DNA of 64,000 bases from a virus. The DNA lies in IMG/VR virus record IMGVR_UViG_3300028364_001588. One strand, given 5' to 3'. The translations under genes and the position numbers were made by a program. Below are positions 29,857 through 38,997 of this stretch, one piece after another. Each line of letters begins with the position of its first letter. The stretch's first letter is position 1. The notes under the pieces were generated by a model. It saw nothing but the letters and a program-made list of their open reading frames with translations, was not told the origin of the DNA and ran no database searches.

Positions 29857-30726
29857 ATGAAAACAAATAAGTTTATAGAAGAGTCGATTAAAATTCATGG
29901 AAATCGCTATAATTATAAAAACACAAAATACACAAACGCAAGAACTAAAATTAAAATAATTTGCCCAGAACACAATGAGTTTGAACAGTTGCCTGGAAAT
30001 CACAAAAGAGGTAATGGATGTCCTAAGTGTATTTATAACAAATTAACTAAAAAAGAAGTTTTAAAGCAATTTAAAAAAATACATGGAGATAAATATGATT
30101 ATTCTTTAATTGATTACAATGGAGATAATGTTAAAGTAAAAATAATTTGTTCAGAACATGGAGTATTTAAACAAGTTCCAGGAATACACAAATTAGGTAG
30201 TGGTTGCAAAAAATGCGCTGGACTTGAGAAATTAGATAATGAAAAAGTGGTGGAGCAATTTAAAGAAACACATGGAGATAAATATAATTATTCTTTAATT
30301 AACTATATTAATGCTCATACAAAAGTTAATATTATATGTCCAGAGCATGGAAGGTGGAGACAAACTCCAAATAATCATAAAAACGGAAATGGGTGTCCTA
30401 TATGTAAAGAATCTAAAGGAGAAAGAAAAATCAGAAATTTATTAAATGAAAATAAAGTCAATTTCATCTCGCAATATAAATTTAAAGATTGCAAAAATAT
30501 ATTGCAATTACCTTTCGATTTTTATTTACCAGAATATAATATATGCATTGAATACAATGGAATGCAACATTATAAACCAATTGAACACTTTGGGGGTAGA
30601 CTTGGTTTCAAAAAAAGAATTATTAATGATAATATAAAAAAAGGATATTGTGAAAAAAACAATATCCTTTTAATAACTATTAACTACAACGAAGATGTAG
30701 AGAAAAAACTTAATCTAAAGTGGTAA
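29857..30726 (+). mobile_element. Free-standing putative homing endonuclease: DUF723 repeats plus Vsr/DUF559-like domain
   Basis: Same architecture as 5902-6837; LPFDFYLPEYNICIEYNGMQHY. Confidence 0.85.
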
Positions 30727-32335
30727 AACACCCTCGTATAAAGTGTATCTGCTGGGCTTTTCCATCTGAGTGAATAATTGAGTGTGATTGCAACCACGGG
30801 CTTGCTCCAATATTATATCCAACTCTAAGAATTGTAGAAGTTCCTACTTGAATTACTCCATCCATACGGCCTGGAGAGTGTGAATGTCCAATAATCATTT
30901 TTGTACTCAACTTTCTAAACTGAACAATTGACCCACGACTACCTGAAGCTCCGATGTCTCCATGTTGTCCAACTTCCCATTCATGAATTCTATGAGTGTG
31001 GCTTCTGCCCAGTGTAATGAAATTAGGAAACTTTTCGTTAATCAAATAAGGAATAACTCCATCTGGAGCATCTTCCCCAAGCAACAAAGCCGCATAGTTC
31101 ATGTAACAAAGAGAGTTTTTCATTGTTGACTCTTTTCTCCAATCAACATCTCTAAGCCATCTGTCAAGGAAATCATCATGATTACTTCTAACTATGACTG
31201 TCTTATATTCTCTGAATGCCTCAAGGCCATCAAGCATAAAATCAATCTCTTTTTTAAGGTCGTTCTTTCCAGAGATTTCCTTTTTGTATTGAGCAAACGC
31301 ATCCTTTCTGTCGTGATGACTAATAGAGTGTCCGTCAAAAACATCATGAAGAACTACCTCTTTAGGCTTCAGCTTTTTAAACAAAACATTTAAAGTTGTA
31401 TTCATTACATCTTTATCTGTTTCGCCAAAGTGAATATCCCCAAGAATAGCGCCATCAATAGACTTATTTCTCTTTATAACTGTTTTACCAATCAACTCTT
31501 CTCCTTGAAATGTTAGGCCAGGTATTAAATCAACCTCTTCATAACCACCATCAAAAGACACATTATAATAAAGGTCGTTAAAATTACCATCTTCCGTTGC
31601 AGTGACTTGCCTTGTGTAAAAAACTTCTTCATCTTTAATCTCAACAACAACAAAACCAAGGGTGTGGTGAAACTCTCCTTTCTTTCCTGCTTTTGAGTCT
31701 GTATAATTTTCTAAAGTTACAGCTCCAGTTGTCATCATCATCTTTGGTGCTGTACCTTCTAATGCAGAAACCATTTTCATTTGCATCTTAGGGTGTCCAA
31801 ATATAGATGATTCTGGTCCAGAAAAACCTTCCAATGCTGTCATTGGGTTTGTGGCTGTAGGAGAAATTTTGACATCACCACAAACAATCAATCGCTTGTG
31901 AGCATTTTGTCTTGCGGCAAATAAATAAGGCTCTACTCTTGAGTGCCATGATTCAAAATCTTTATCATCAAATACAGATGTTGGATTTTTGTATCTACCA
32001 GCTATTATATGAACTTCTGCGTTAATCTCTTTTGCATAAGCTTCGATATTTCTAAGAAACACTTCGTGTACTGGAGTGTTGTTTTGTGCCCATGTAAATA
32101 TGAATCTCTTAGATTTTTTGCTAATCTTTTTCTTTTTAGCTTTTTTGAACTGGGGTGAATCCTCAGTAGCAGTTTTTTTAATTCCAAGCTTTACAAGCCA
32201 GTTTCGAGTTGTTTTTTCGCCTTTTCCGAAAAATTGCATTAACTCACTTATCCTTTCGTCATAAGCTAAATTGGATGAATAATAAATCTCCTTCGCATGA
32301 AGAATATCATCCTCTGTTAGTTTTTTGAATTTCAT
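30710..32335 (-). CDS. T5 A1-like protein (HTH plus calcineurin-like metallophosphoesterase/nuclease)
   Basis: TWAQNNTPVH, GDIH, HDVFDG, SNHD, HGD, GHSHSP. Start reassigned to ATG 32335 (MKFKK). Confidence 0.75.
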   Translation of the reverse strand: MKFKKLTEDDILHAKEIYYSSNLAYDERISELMQFFGKGEKTTRNWLVKLGIKKTATEDSPQFKKAKKKKISKKSKRFIFTWAQNNTPVHEVFLRNIEAYAKEINAEVHIIAGRYKNPTSVFDDKDFESWHSRVEPYLFAARQNAHKRLIVCGDVKISPTATNPMTALEGFSGPESSIFGHPKMQMKMVSALEGTAPKMMMTTGAVTLENYTDSKAGKKGEFHHTLGFVVVEIKDEEVFYTRQVTATEDGNFNDLYYNVSFDGGYEEVDLIPGLTFQGEELIGKTVIKRNKSIDGAILGDIHFGETDKDVMNTTLNVLFKKLKPKEVVLHDVFDGHSISHHDRKDAFAQYKKEISGKNDLKKEIDFMLDGLEAFREYKTVIVRSNHDDFLDRWLRDVDWRKESTMKNSLCYMNYAALLLGEDAPDGVIPYLINEKFPNFITLGRSHTHRIHEWEVGQHGDIGASGSRGSIVQFRKLSTKMIIGHSHSPGRMDGVIQVGTSTILRVGYNIGASPWLQSHSIIHSDGKAQQIHFIRGCFTTLD

Positions 32336-32365
32336 AAATTGTTGTCTTATTATTTCTTCTAAGTG

Positions 32366-32397
32366 CAAATTAAAGAAAAAAAAGGCAACCAAACAAA
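32366..32397 (-). promoter_or_regulatory. Near-consensus Bacteroidota promoter (TTTG-N20-TTAATTTG)
   Basis: Directly upstream of the A1-like gene; one mismatch in the -7 box. Confidence 0.45.
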
Positions 32398-32400
32398 TAT

Positions 32401-33224
32401 TTATCTACTTTTTAAAATCTTAACCCACTCATCAAGACTCTTTTCTGGTCTCCAATTCAGAACTTTCTCTGTATCTGAGGGAAATTCTTCTGAAGTAAAT
32501 CTTTCTCCTTTTCTTTCTGGAATCATGATTACATCATCACTAAATTTCTTGGCAAGTTCAATCAATTCAACATTTTGCCCAGAACGAAGCATCCACTCTC
32601 TGTTTAAATTCATGTGAGTTGTCATCTCAACTCCACGAACAACGTCTTCAACGTGTGTAAAATCTCTTGATTGAGTTCCAGGAGAAACCACAGTAATTGG
32701 CCTGCCTTCTTTCATAATGTTTTTTGTCTGCGGAAACCCAATCATCACGAAGTGTGGTTGGGATGAGCAGGCCTCTTTTTGTTAGTATACGACAAATATA
32801 CAAAAAAAATTTAATTAATTTCAAGTTTTCTTTTTTTTATCTGCACCACCATTTCCAAATTTAGAACTACTGGCTGAATAAATTATTTTTGGCACCTTTT
32901 CTTTTACAGTATTCAATAACTTCAGATGTACCACGAAGATTTGATTTCATAACATACTCTATGTCATCAAAGCTTTTGACAATTCTTGAATATTCTCCAA
33001 GGTGATATACGATGTTTGGGTTAAACTGAGTTGTTACAAATCTAAGGTTTTATTTCCCAAGTATTTCCATGAACATAGTGAACGCCATCAATGTGATTAT
33101 CTCTACTCCCTGTGAAGTAATTATCAAGAGCCATTATTTCAGCATAAGGATGCTCTTCTTTTAAATGCTTTACCAAGTGAGTTCCTATAAACCCAGCCCC
33201 GCCCGTTACTAATATTTTATTCAT
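32401..33224 (-). pseudogene. NAD-dependent epimerase pseudogene (two frameshifts; centre replaced by a promoter/leader)
   Basis: ILVTGGAGFIG...; shifted frames give VYHLGEYSRIVKSF and IIYSASSSKFG; the YxxxK region is missing; the C-terminal half GTQSRDFTHVEDV restarts at ATG 32715. Confidence 0.85.
32793..32824 (-). promoter_or_regulatory. Bacteroidota sigma-A-type promoter (TTG-N21-TATATTTG) inside the epimerase pseudogene
   Basis: Exact -7 box at 32800-32793; TTG at 32824-32822. Confidence 0.65.
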
Positions 33225-34254
33225 GTTCTAAATCATATTTAACCATTCTTTCAACAAGTTCGTCAAGGTCAACTTTTGCCTCCCATCCAAGAACCGCTTT
33301 TGCCTTTGATGGGTCTCCAATTAACCTATCAACTTCTGCTGGTCTAAAATACCTTGGGTCCACCTCTACAAGCAGGTCTCCAGATTCTTTGTCGTAACCT
33401 TTTTCATTCACACCCTCACCTCTCCATTCAATATCCCAACCAAGATGTTTAGCTGTCATCTCAATAAATGTACGAACTTTATAAGTTCTACCAGTTGCAA
33501 GAACAAAATCTTCTGGCTTATCCTGCTGCAACATTCTCCACATTCCCTCTACATACTCCTGAGCATGTCCCCAATCTCTTTCTGCCTCCATGTTGCCAAT
33601 AGTCAAAACCTTACGCTTGCCTTTTTTGATTTGAGCCATGTTGGTTGTAATCTTTCTTGTAACGAATGTTTTACCTCTTCTCTCACTTTCGTGATTAAAC
33701 AAAATTCCATTGCATGCAAATAAATTATAGGATTCACGATAATTCTTGATTATCCAAAAACCATAAAGCTTAGCGCAGCCATAAGGGCTTCTTGGGTGCA
33801 TCGGAGAGTTCTCGTCATAAAAACCTTCACTGTTCTTGTTATACTCAAGCCCTCCATATAATTCAGAGGTTGATGCTTGGTAAAACTTAGCACCAGGACA
33901 ATGCGCTCTCATTGCTTCAAGAATAGTAAGCGTTCCAAGTGCGTCTACATTTGCTGTATAGTGAGGTACTTCAAAAGAAACTGCAACATGCGATTGAGCT
34001 GCCAGGTTATATATCTCATCTGGCTGAGTCTCTGCAATAAGCCTCATAATGTTTGAGGGGTCTGTAACATCTCCGTGATGAAGATGAAGTCGCTCGTGGT
34101 CCATTATGTGTTCAATTCTTTCTGTATTGAATGTACTTGCTCTTCTCATTGTTGCATGCACCTCATACCCTTTTTCTAAAAGAAGTTCCGCAAGGTAAGA
34201 ACCATCTTGTCCTGTAACGCCCGTAACCAGGGCAATTTTGTTTTTTTCTATCAT
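33217..34254 (-). CDS. gmd: GDP-mannose 4,6-dehydratase
   Basis: [64 protein letters not shown] 34254 overlaps the endonuclease TGA (ATGA). Confidence 0.97.
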   Translation of the reverse strand: MIEKNKIALVTGVTGQDGSYLAELLLEKGYEVHATMRRASTFNTERIEHIMDHERLHLHHGDVTDPSNIMRLIAETQPDEIYNLAAQSHVAVSFEVPHYTANVDALGTLTILEAMRAHCPGAKFYQASTSELYGGLEYNKNSEGFYDENSPMHPRSPYGCAKLYGFWIIKNYRESYNLFACNGILFNHESERRGKTFVTRKITTNMAQIKKGKRKVLTIGNMEAERDWGHAQEYVEGMWRMLQQDKPEDFVLATGRTYKVRTFIEMTAKHLGWDIEWRGEGVNEKGYDKESGDLLVEVDPRYFRPAEVDRLIGDPSKAKAVLGWEAKVDLDELVERMVKYDLEHE

Positions 34255-35066
34255 ATTTCCCACTTATATTTGTATTGTTCCATTATTCCTTTTTCGGGTG
34301 TAATCCATTTCAAAAAAGCAATTGTATCTTTTTTATCAAACCTTATTCTATTTCTACTTGTTACTGATGGTTTAAATCCTTTTTTATTTAATTTTTCTAC
34401 TAAAAATTGATTATCTTCTTTTGTAAAAGAATCTGTGCATAAATAAACATTTCCATCAGTTGTATAACCGTCTCCAACAAACCACCAATAGCAAGATTTT
34501 GGTGTAATCAAAATATCTCTTGGCACTATTTTTTCTTTTTTTGGATACCATCTTAAATTTTCACTCAATAAATCATGATACATATTAGATTTGGAGTGAT
34601 AACATTTTGTATGTTCGCTTTGCCAAATTGGACTAAAATCAATAGAATGTAATTCTTTAAAAATCTCTTCTGGAGTTTCTTTAAACTTAAAGCCAAAAGT
34701 CAATCTTGCTGATATTCTTGATTTTTCAGATAAACACCCGTCACTTAGTAATAATCCATCTAAAACCTCTTTTTCTTCATTACTTAAATTACAGTACCTA
34801 AATTTAGAATCATCCCATTTACTTGATTCGCTCATTTTTTCTTTAGACTCTTCTGAATGACTTTTTCCATAAAAGGCGTTTAAATCACCTTTTCTGCCCT
34901 TTTTTTTATTAACTTCATCTGAATACTTTCTACCCTCACCTTGTTGGCCATTATATCTTCCAGAACAAACTCTGGAGCAAAACTCTTTTTCTCTTTCTCT
35001 TTTTCTTTTGGGATTAAATTCAAACTCTTCATTACATAATTTGCATTTCTTTTTTTCCTTTTCCAT
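34251..35066 (-). mobile_element. Free-standing LAGLIDADG homing endonuclease with Zn finger and NUMOD3
   Basis: CKLC..FCSRVC; FYGKSHSEESKEKMS; LDGLLLSDG and WWFVGDG. Confidence 0.85.
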
Positions 35067-35101
35067 AACTTTTTATTATAAATAGTTATAAAAATTTCTA
35101 T

Positions 35102-35143
35102 TCCAGCAATACCTGTTATAAATGCATTTTATATTCTTCGCAT
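35102..35143 (-). pseudogene. Stranded 5' remnant of a gmd allele (MRRI*NAFITGIAG)
   Basis: ATG CGA AGA ATA TAA AAT GCA TTT ATA ACA GGT ATT GCT GGA aligns with [10 protein letters not shown] of Gmd; one in-frame TAA. Confidence 0.75.
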
Positions 35144-35415
35144 TTTAATTTTTCTCTTCTATAATAAAAATCGTTATCATATTCATCTTTTATAAATTCT
35201 CCAACAGTTAAATTTGATAATCTAATTCCAATTGTAGGTGAATACATATAATTAAACAACATTTCTAAATTACTATTAGTTGCCTTCATAAATGATTCGA
35301 TGTTTAATGTGGATTTAATTCTATTATAATAATCCTCTTTACCTTCAAACATTTTCTCGTTTACTATTTTTAACAACTCCGCTTCTACGTCTATACCATA
35401 TTTTTTCATATCCAT
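35116..35415 (-). CDS. Hypothetical protein
   Basis: 99 aa, coupled to the ColD-like stop. Confidence 0.5.
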   Translation of the reverse strand: MDMKKYGIDVEAELLKIVNEKMFEGKEDYYNRIKSTLNIESFMKATNSNLEMLFNYMYSPTIGIRLSNLTVGEFIKDEYDNDFYYRREKLKCEEYKMHL

Positions 35416-36596
35416 TACTTAATTGCGTCAGTTACTGTTTTACAAATAAACTCTATTTCCTTCTTGCCCATCTTAGGGTGATTAGGAACATAAATACCAC
35501 AGTCATCGACTGTTTTTGCATTTAGAGTTTCGTGTCTACCATATCTTTTGATGAAGAAAGGTTGAGTTCCCATTGAGCCGCAGATAAGTGGTCTACACTC
35601 AACATCAGCTTCAATAAGTGCTGCTACAGCTTTTTCTTTATCTTTCTTAGATTGGAATATCATTGGATAACAAAAAGATGCTGTGAATGAATCTTTGTGC
35701 TCTGTCGGCTTCCATATTTTCTTTTTCTTGTCGTATGATTTAATTGCATCCAAGAAGTAGTAGAAGTTTTCGTTTCTTGTATCAATCATGTCATCAACTT
35801 TATCAAGCTGCTTAATTCCAATTACTGCCTGAAGGTCTGTTGACCTAAGATTGAATCCTGGCTCATAGAAAGTGTATAAGGCAGAGAATTCATCCACTCC
35901 CCACTTAGTTCTTAATCTTTGTTGAGTCGCTGAGTCAAGGTCTCTATCCCACCCATGACTTCTAAGCATTACAAGAAGGTCATAAACATCTTTATCGTTC
36001 GTACAAACCATTCCGCCCTCAATAGTACTCATTGTATGGCCGAAGTAAGTTGAAAACGATGACATCAATCCAAAGTTTCCAAGACGAACTCCGTCAAACT
36101 CAGTTCCTTGAGATTCACAATTGTCTTCGAGAAGTTCAACTCCATAAGTTTTACAAAGTTCAACAATCTTATCCATATCTGGAGAAAGACCAAGAACTGA
36201 AACAAGAATCATTGCTGCAGGTTTGTGGTGTCTAAATATAGCTTCAAGTTGACTTACATCAACAGCAAGATTATTCATGTTACAATCAACGATAAGAGGG
36301 TCGAATCCAAGTTGGATTACTGGAGCCATATCAGTTGCCCAAGCAAGAGCTGGAACCACCACTTTATTATTTCTTAGGTTACCCATCACTTTAAGCGCAT
36401 AAAGCATGAGAAGGTTCGCTGAAGAACCAGAGTTTACAAATACAGAATATTTACTACCAATCCATTTGGACCATTTCTCTTCAAATTCTCTCGTTTTTGG
36501 TCCCATAGTCAAGCGGGGCGCTGGTTTTTGAGACAACCACTTTATAAGGTTTGCAATATCCTCATCATCTATTGTGTCTTTTACTAATTTTATCAT
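35415..36596 (-). CDS. colD: DegT/DnrJ-fold PLP enzyme, ColD-like GDP-4-keto-6-deoxymannose 3-dehydratase
   Basis: VNSGSSANLLM, EDNCES, LRSHGW, PGFNLR. His replaces the Schiff-base Lys (FSTYFGHTMSTIEGG). Start reassigned to 36596. Confidence 0.75.
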   Translation of the reverse strand: MIKLVKDTIDDEDIANLIKWLSQKPAPRLTMGPKTREFEEKWSKWIGSKYSVFVNSGSSANLLMLYALKVMGNLRNNKVVVPALAWATDMAPVIQLGFDPLIVDCNMNNLAVDVSQLEAIFRHHKPAAMILVSVLGLSPDMDKIVELCKTYGVELLEDNCESQGTEFDGVRLGNFGLMSSFSTYFGHTMSTIEGGMVCTNDKDVYDLLVMLRSHGWDRDLDSATQQRLRTKWGVDEFSALYTFYEPGFNLRSTDLQAVIGIKQLDKVDDMIDTRNENFYYFLDAIKSYDKKKKIWKPTEHKDSFTASFCYPMIFQSKKDKEKAVAALIEADVECRPLICGSMGTQPFFIKRYGRHETLNAKTVDDCGIYVPNHPKMGKKEIEFICKTVTDAIK

Positions 36597-36601
36597 AATT
36601 T

Positions 36602-36895
36602 TTATTTTTGATTTATAAACATATTTGCTATACACTTTGAAATAATATTCAAATTTTCTTTAAAGAAATCTTCACCTTCTGGAGAACTATTCCAAAACAT
36701 AAATCCTGGAGTATTTTCAATTTTTTTCATTTGTTCTATATTTTTTTTTGACACCTCTTCATCAACTCTTAACTCTAAACAAATATTTTGTCCTAACTGA
36801 ATTGTTCCTTGGTCGTCTTTTTTTAAATAACCAACCATACCAACTGGCATTTCTGTTTTAAAAACTTCTTTAAAATAAACCTCTCTTATTGTCAT
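36602..36895 (-). CDS. Hypothetical protein carried with the GIY-YIG endonuclease
   Basis: 97 aa between the endonuclease and the regenerated colD start. Confidence 0.55.
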   Translation of the reverse strand: MTIREVYFKEVFKTEMPVGMVGYLKKDDQGTIQLGQNICLELRVDEEVSKKNIEQMKKIENTPGFMFWNSSPEGEDFFKENLNIISKCIANMFINQK

Positions 36896-37888
36896 TTATA
36901 TTTCGTTTAATTTTTTATTTAACCCGTTCTTTATTAAAAAATTATTATAAGCATCTGCAGCTTCAATCTCTGTATCAAAAGTTCCAACATACTTATGTTT
37001 TCCATTATTCCAAACACTTGTCTCCCATTTATCTTTTTTAGCTCTATATGTTACTCCTGTGAATTGAGAGGAAAACTTCTTAGAGATGTCTATGCTCTTC
37101 CAGTCTTTTATGTTGTTTAATTTTGTCTCATCTCCATATAGCTCATAAGCTTTCTGGTTGTATGCAACAGCTGCATCAATTTCTTTTTTGAAGTGTCCAA
37201 TAATAATCGACTCTCTATCAAACCTCAGCGTAGCTCTATAAAGCTTTTGAGTAGATATGTAGCTTACTCCTATAAAATTGGAACTTGAACTGTCGTGTTT
37301 ATAGCCAATTCCATTTTTAGAAATCTTGTCTTTAATCTCTTGACTATGTGTCCTGCCCAAATTTATCTCTCTCAATTTTTCTTTTGTCTCGTCAGACATC
37401 TCCCTGCCCTTATTTGCTTCAGAGATTTTCCTACTAATCTCCTTTTTCTTTTTCTCAGAGAAGTTAGAACGTGTCTTCATCATTTTCTTTTTCACCTCCT
37501 CTGGGGGCTTTCTTCCAAGAAGCTTTCCTTTGTTGCCTTTAGAAATTTTTCTCTTTGTTTCCTCCGATAAAATCCTTCCAGTAGCGCCTTCTCCTCCGTC
37601 TGTAGCATTAACCAAAATTCCTTTACTCTTATCCGCTCTTCCGAGTAATTTTATATAAAACTCCTCAGCGTAATTACATCTACCTTCACTCTCGCAAATT
37701 TTAACCAGTTTTATCTCTGGCAATAAACCTTCCTTTTTGAGAGACTTAATCCAGTTGGTCTTATGAGTTCTTGATGAGTCTTGCATGTGCCCATTCATTA
37801 GTCTATAAGTTAACTTCTTAGTGGTTTTGCCCACGTATCTAACTTCTCCAGCCCTTGGGTCAATTAGAAAATAAATTTTGTATTCCAT
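36896..37888 (-). mobile_element. Free-standing GIY-YIG homing endonuclease with NUMOD3 repeats and two AP2 domains
   Basis: KIYFLIDPR..EVRYVGKT, N.TDGGEG, SEETKRKIS repeats, FIGVS...EIDAAVAYN and FTGVT...EIEAADAYN. Confidence 0.9.
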
Positions 37889-37921
37889 AACTATAAATAG
37901 CTAAAAAAACTAAATTATTAA

Positions 37922-38026
37922 CTAACCTTTTGTAAGTCTTGGGTAGGTTTTTAACCATTCGATTAAGTTGTCTACATCATCTTTGTCGATGGTGTCTTTT
38001 ACGAGTGCAATTTTTTCTTTAGCCAT
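37922..38026 (-). pseudogene. Stranded 5' remnant (34 aa) of a colD-like allele
   Basis: MAKEKIALVKDTIDKDDVDNLIEWLKTYPRLTKG* versus the intact MIKLVKDTIDDEDIANLIKWLSQKPAPRLTMG. Confidence 0.93.
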
Positions 38027-38079
38027 GTTTCATATCATTTTAATAATAATATGAAAATCATTTCAAATAATCAAGTGGT

Positions 38080-38994
38080 TTATTTCCAGGTTTGCTGTAA
38101 AATAGAATAGGTTGAGCCTATTCCGTGATAAAGTCTTGTTGGTTTAAAATCTGGAAATATACTTTTCATTTTTTCTATTGAAACATCTTTTCTAAATTGA
38201 CCATCTGGCATTGTTGAATCATATTCAATTTTCATACCATCTGCTTTGCAAGCTCTGATTGCTGCTCTTGCAATATCATCAATAGAAACATTTTGTTCTG
38301 TAGCCACATTGAAGCTGTCATAAACGTTTTCATAAATACATCTTCTGATGATAGCAGCAAGGTCGTTTGAGTGCATAAACTGTCTCAACGGAGCTCCTGT
38401 TCCAAATAAAGTAATTTTTTCTTCACCAGTAGATTTTGCTTGGTGAATCTTTTTTATGAGCGCAGCAACAAAATGACTATTTTCTCCAAACTTATCGTGC
38501 TCTCCATAAAGATTGCAAGGAGTAAGGTATTGATAGTTGGTGCCGTGTTCTTTATTGCAAGCATCTATTTGAACTGCCAGGCATCTCTTAGCGTATCCAT
38601 ATGAAAAGTTTGTAGGAGTCGGAGGCCCTTGGTGAAGCATCTCTTCTGTCATTGGGTATTCGTCAACTTTATCTGGATATATACATGTACTTAGTATTCC
38701 AATAAATCTTTCAACACCATTAAACTTAGCATACTCAACAAGGAGCGTGTTCATTAAAACATTGTCAGTAAAATAAGTGGATGGCTTTTTTATATTGTCA
38801 ATTATTCCACCAACTTTTGCTGCAAGATGAATTACTATTCTTGGCTGAAGTTCTTGATACATTTGAGCAACGCCTCTTTCTGATGTTAAGTCATAGTCTT
38901 TTGACGATAAATAAACTGCGCCTGGCATTATCTTTTTAAGCGACCTGCCAACCATCCCGCTACCACCTGTAATTACTATCTTATTTTGTTCCAT
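38080..38994 (-). CDS. fcl: GDP-L-fucose synthase family epimerase/reductase (Fcl/ColC-like)
   Basis: ITGGSGMVG, HLAAKVGGI, STCIYP, YGYAKR, PCNLYG, GTGAPLRQF, PDGQFRK. Confidence 0.9.
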   Translation of the reverse strand: MEQNKIVITGGSGMVGRSLKKIMPGAVYLSSKDYDLTSERGVAQMYQELQPRIVIHLAAKVGGIIDNIKKPSTYFTDNVLMNTLLVEYAKFNGVERFIGILSTCIYPDKVDEYPMTEEMLHQGPPTPTNFSYGYAKRCLAVQIDACNKEHGTNYQYLTPCNLYGEHDKFGENSHFVAALIKKIHQAKSTGEEKITLFGTGAPLRQFMHSNDLAAIIRRCIYENVYDSFNVATEQNVSIDDIARAAIRACKADGMKIEYDSTMPDGQFRKDVSIEKMKSIFPDFKPTRLYHGIGSTYSILQQTWK

Positions 38995-38997
38995 TTT

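Noticed and set aside
34251-37921. Group I introns or inteins housing the LAGLIDADG and GIY-YIG ORFs
   Set aside because: The downstream genes have complete N-termini of their own, only about 35-40 nt of AT-rich DNA precedes each ORF (no room for a ribozyme core), and there are no in-frame intein motifs.
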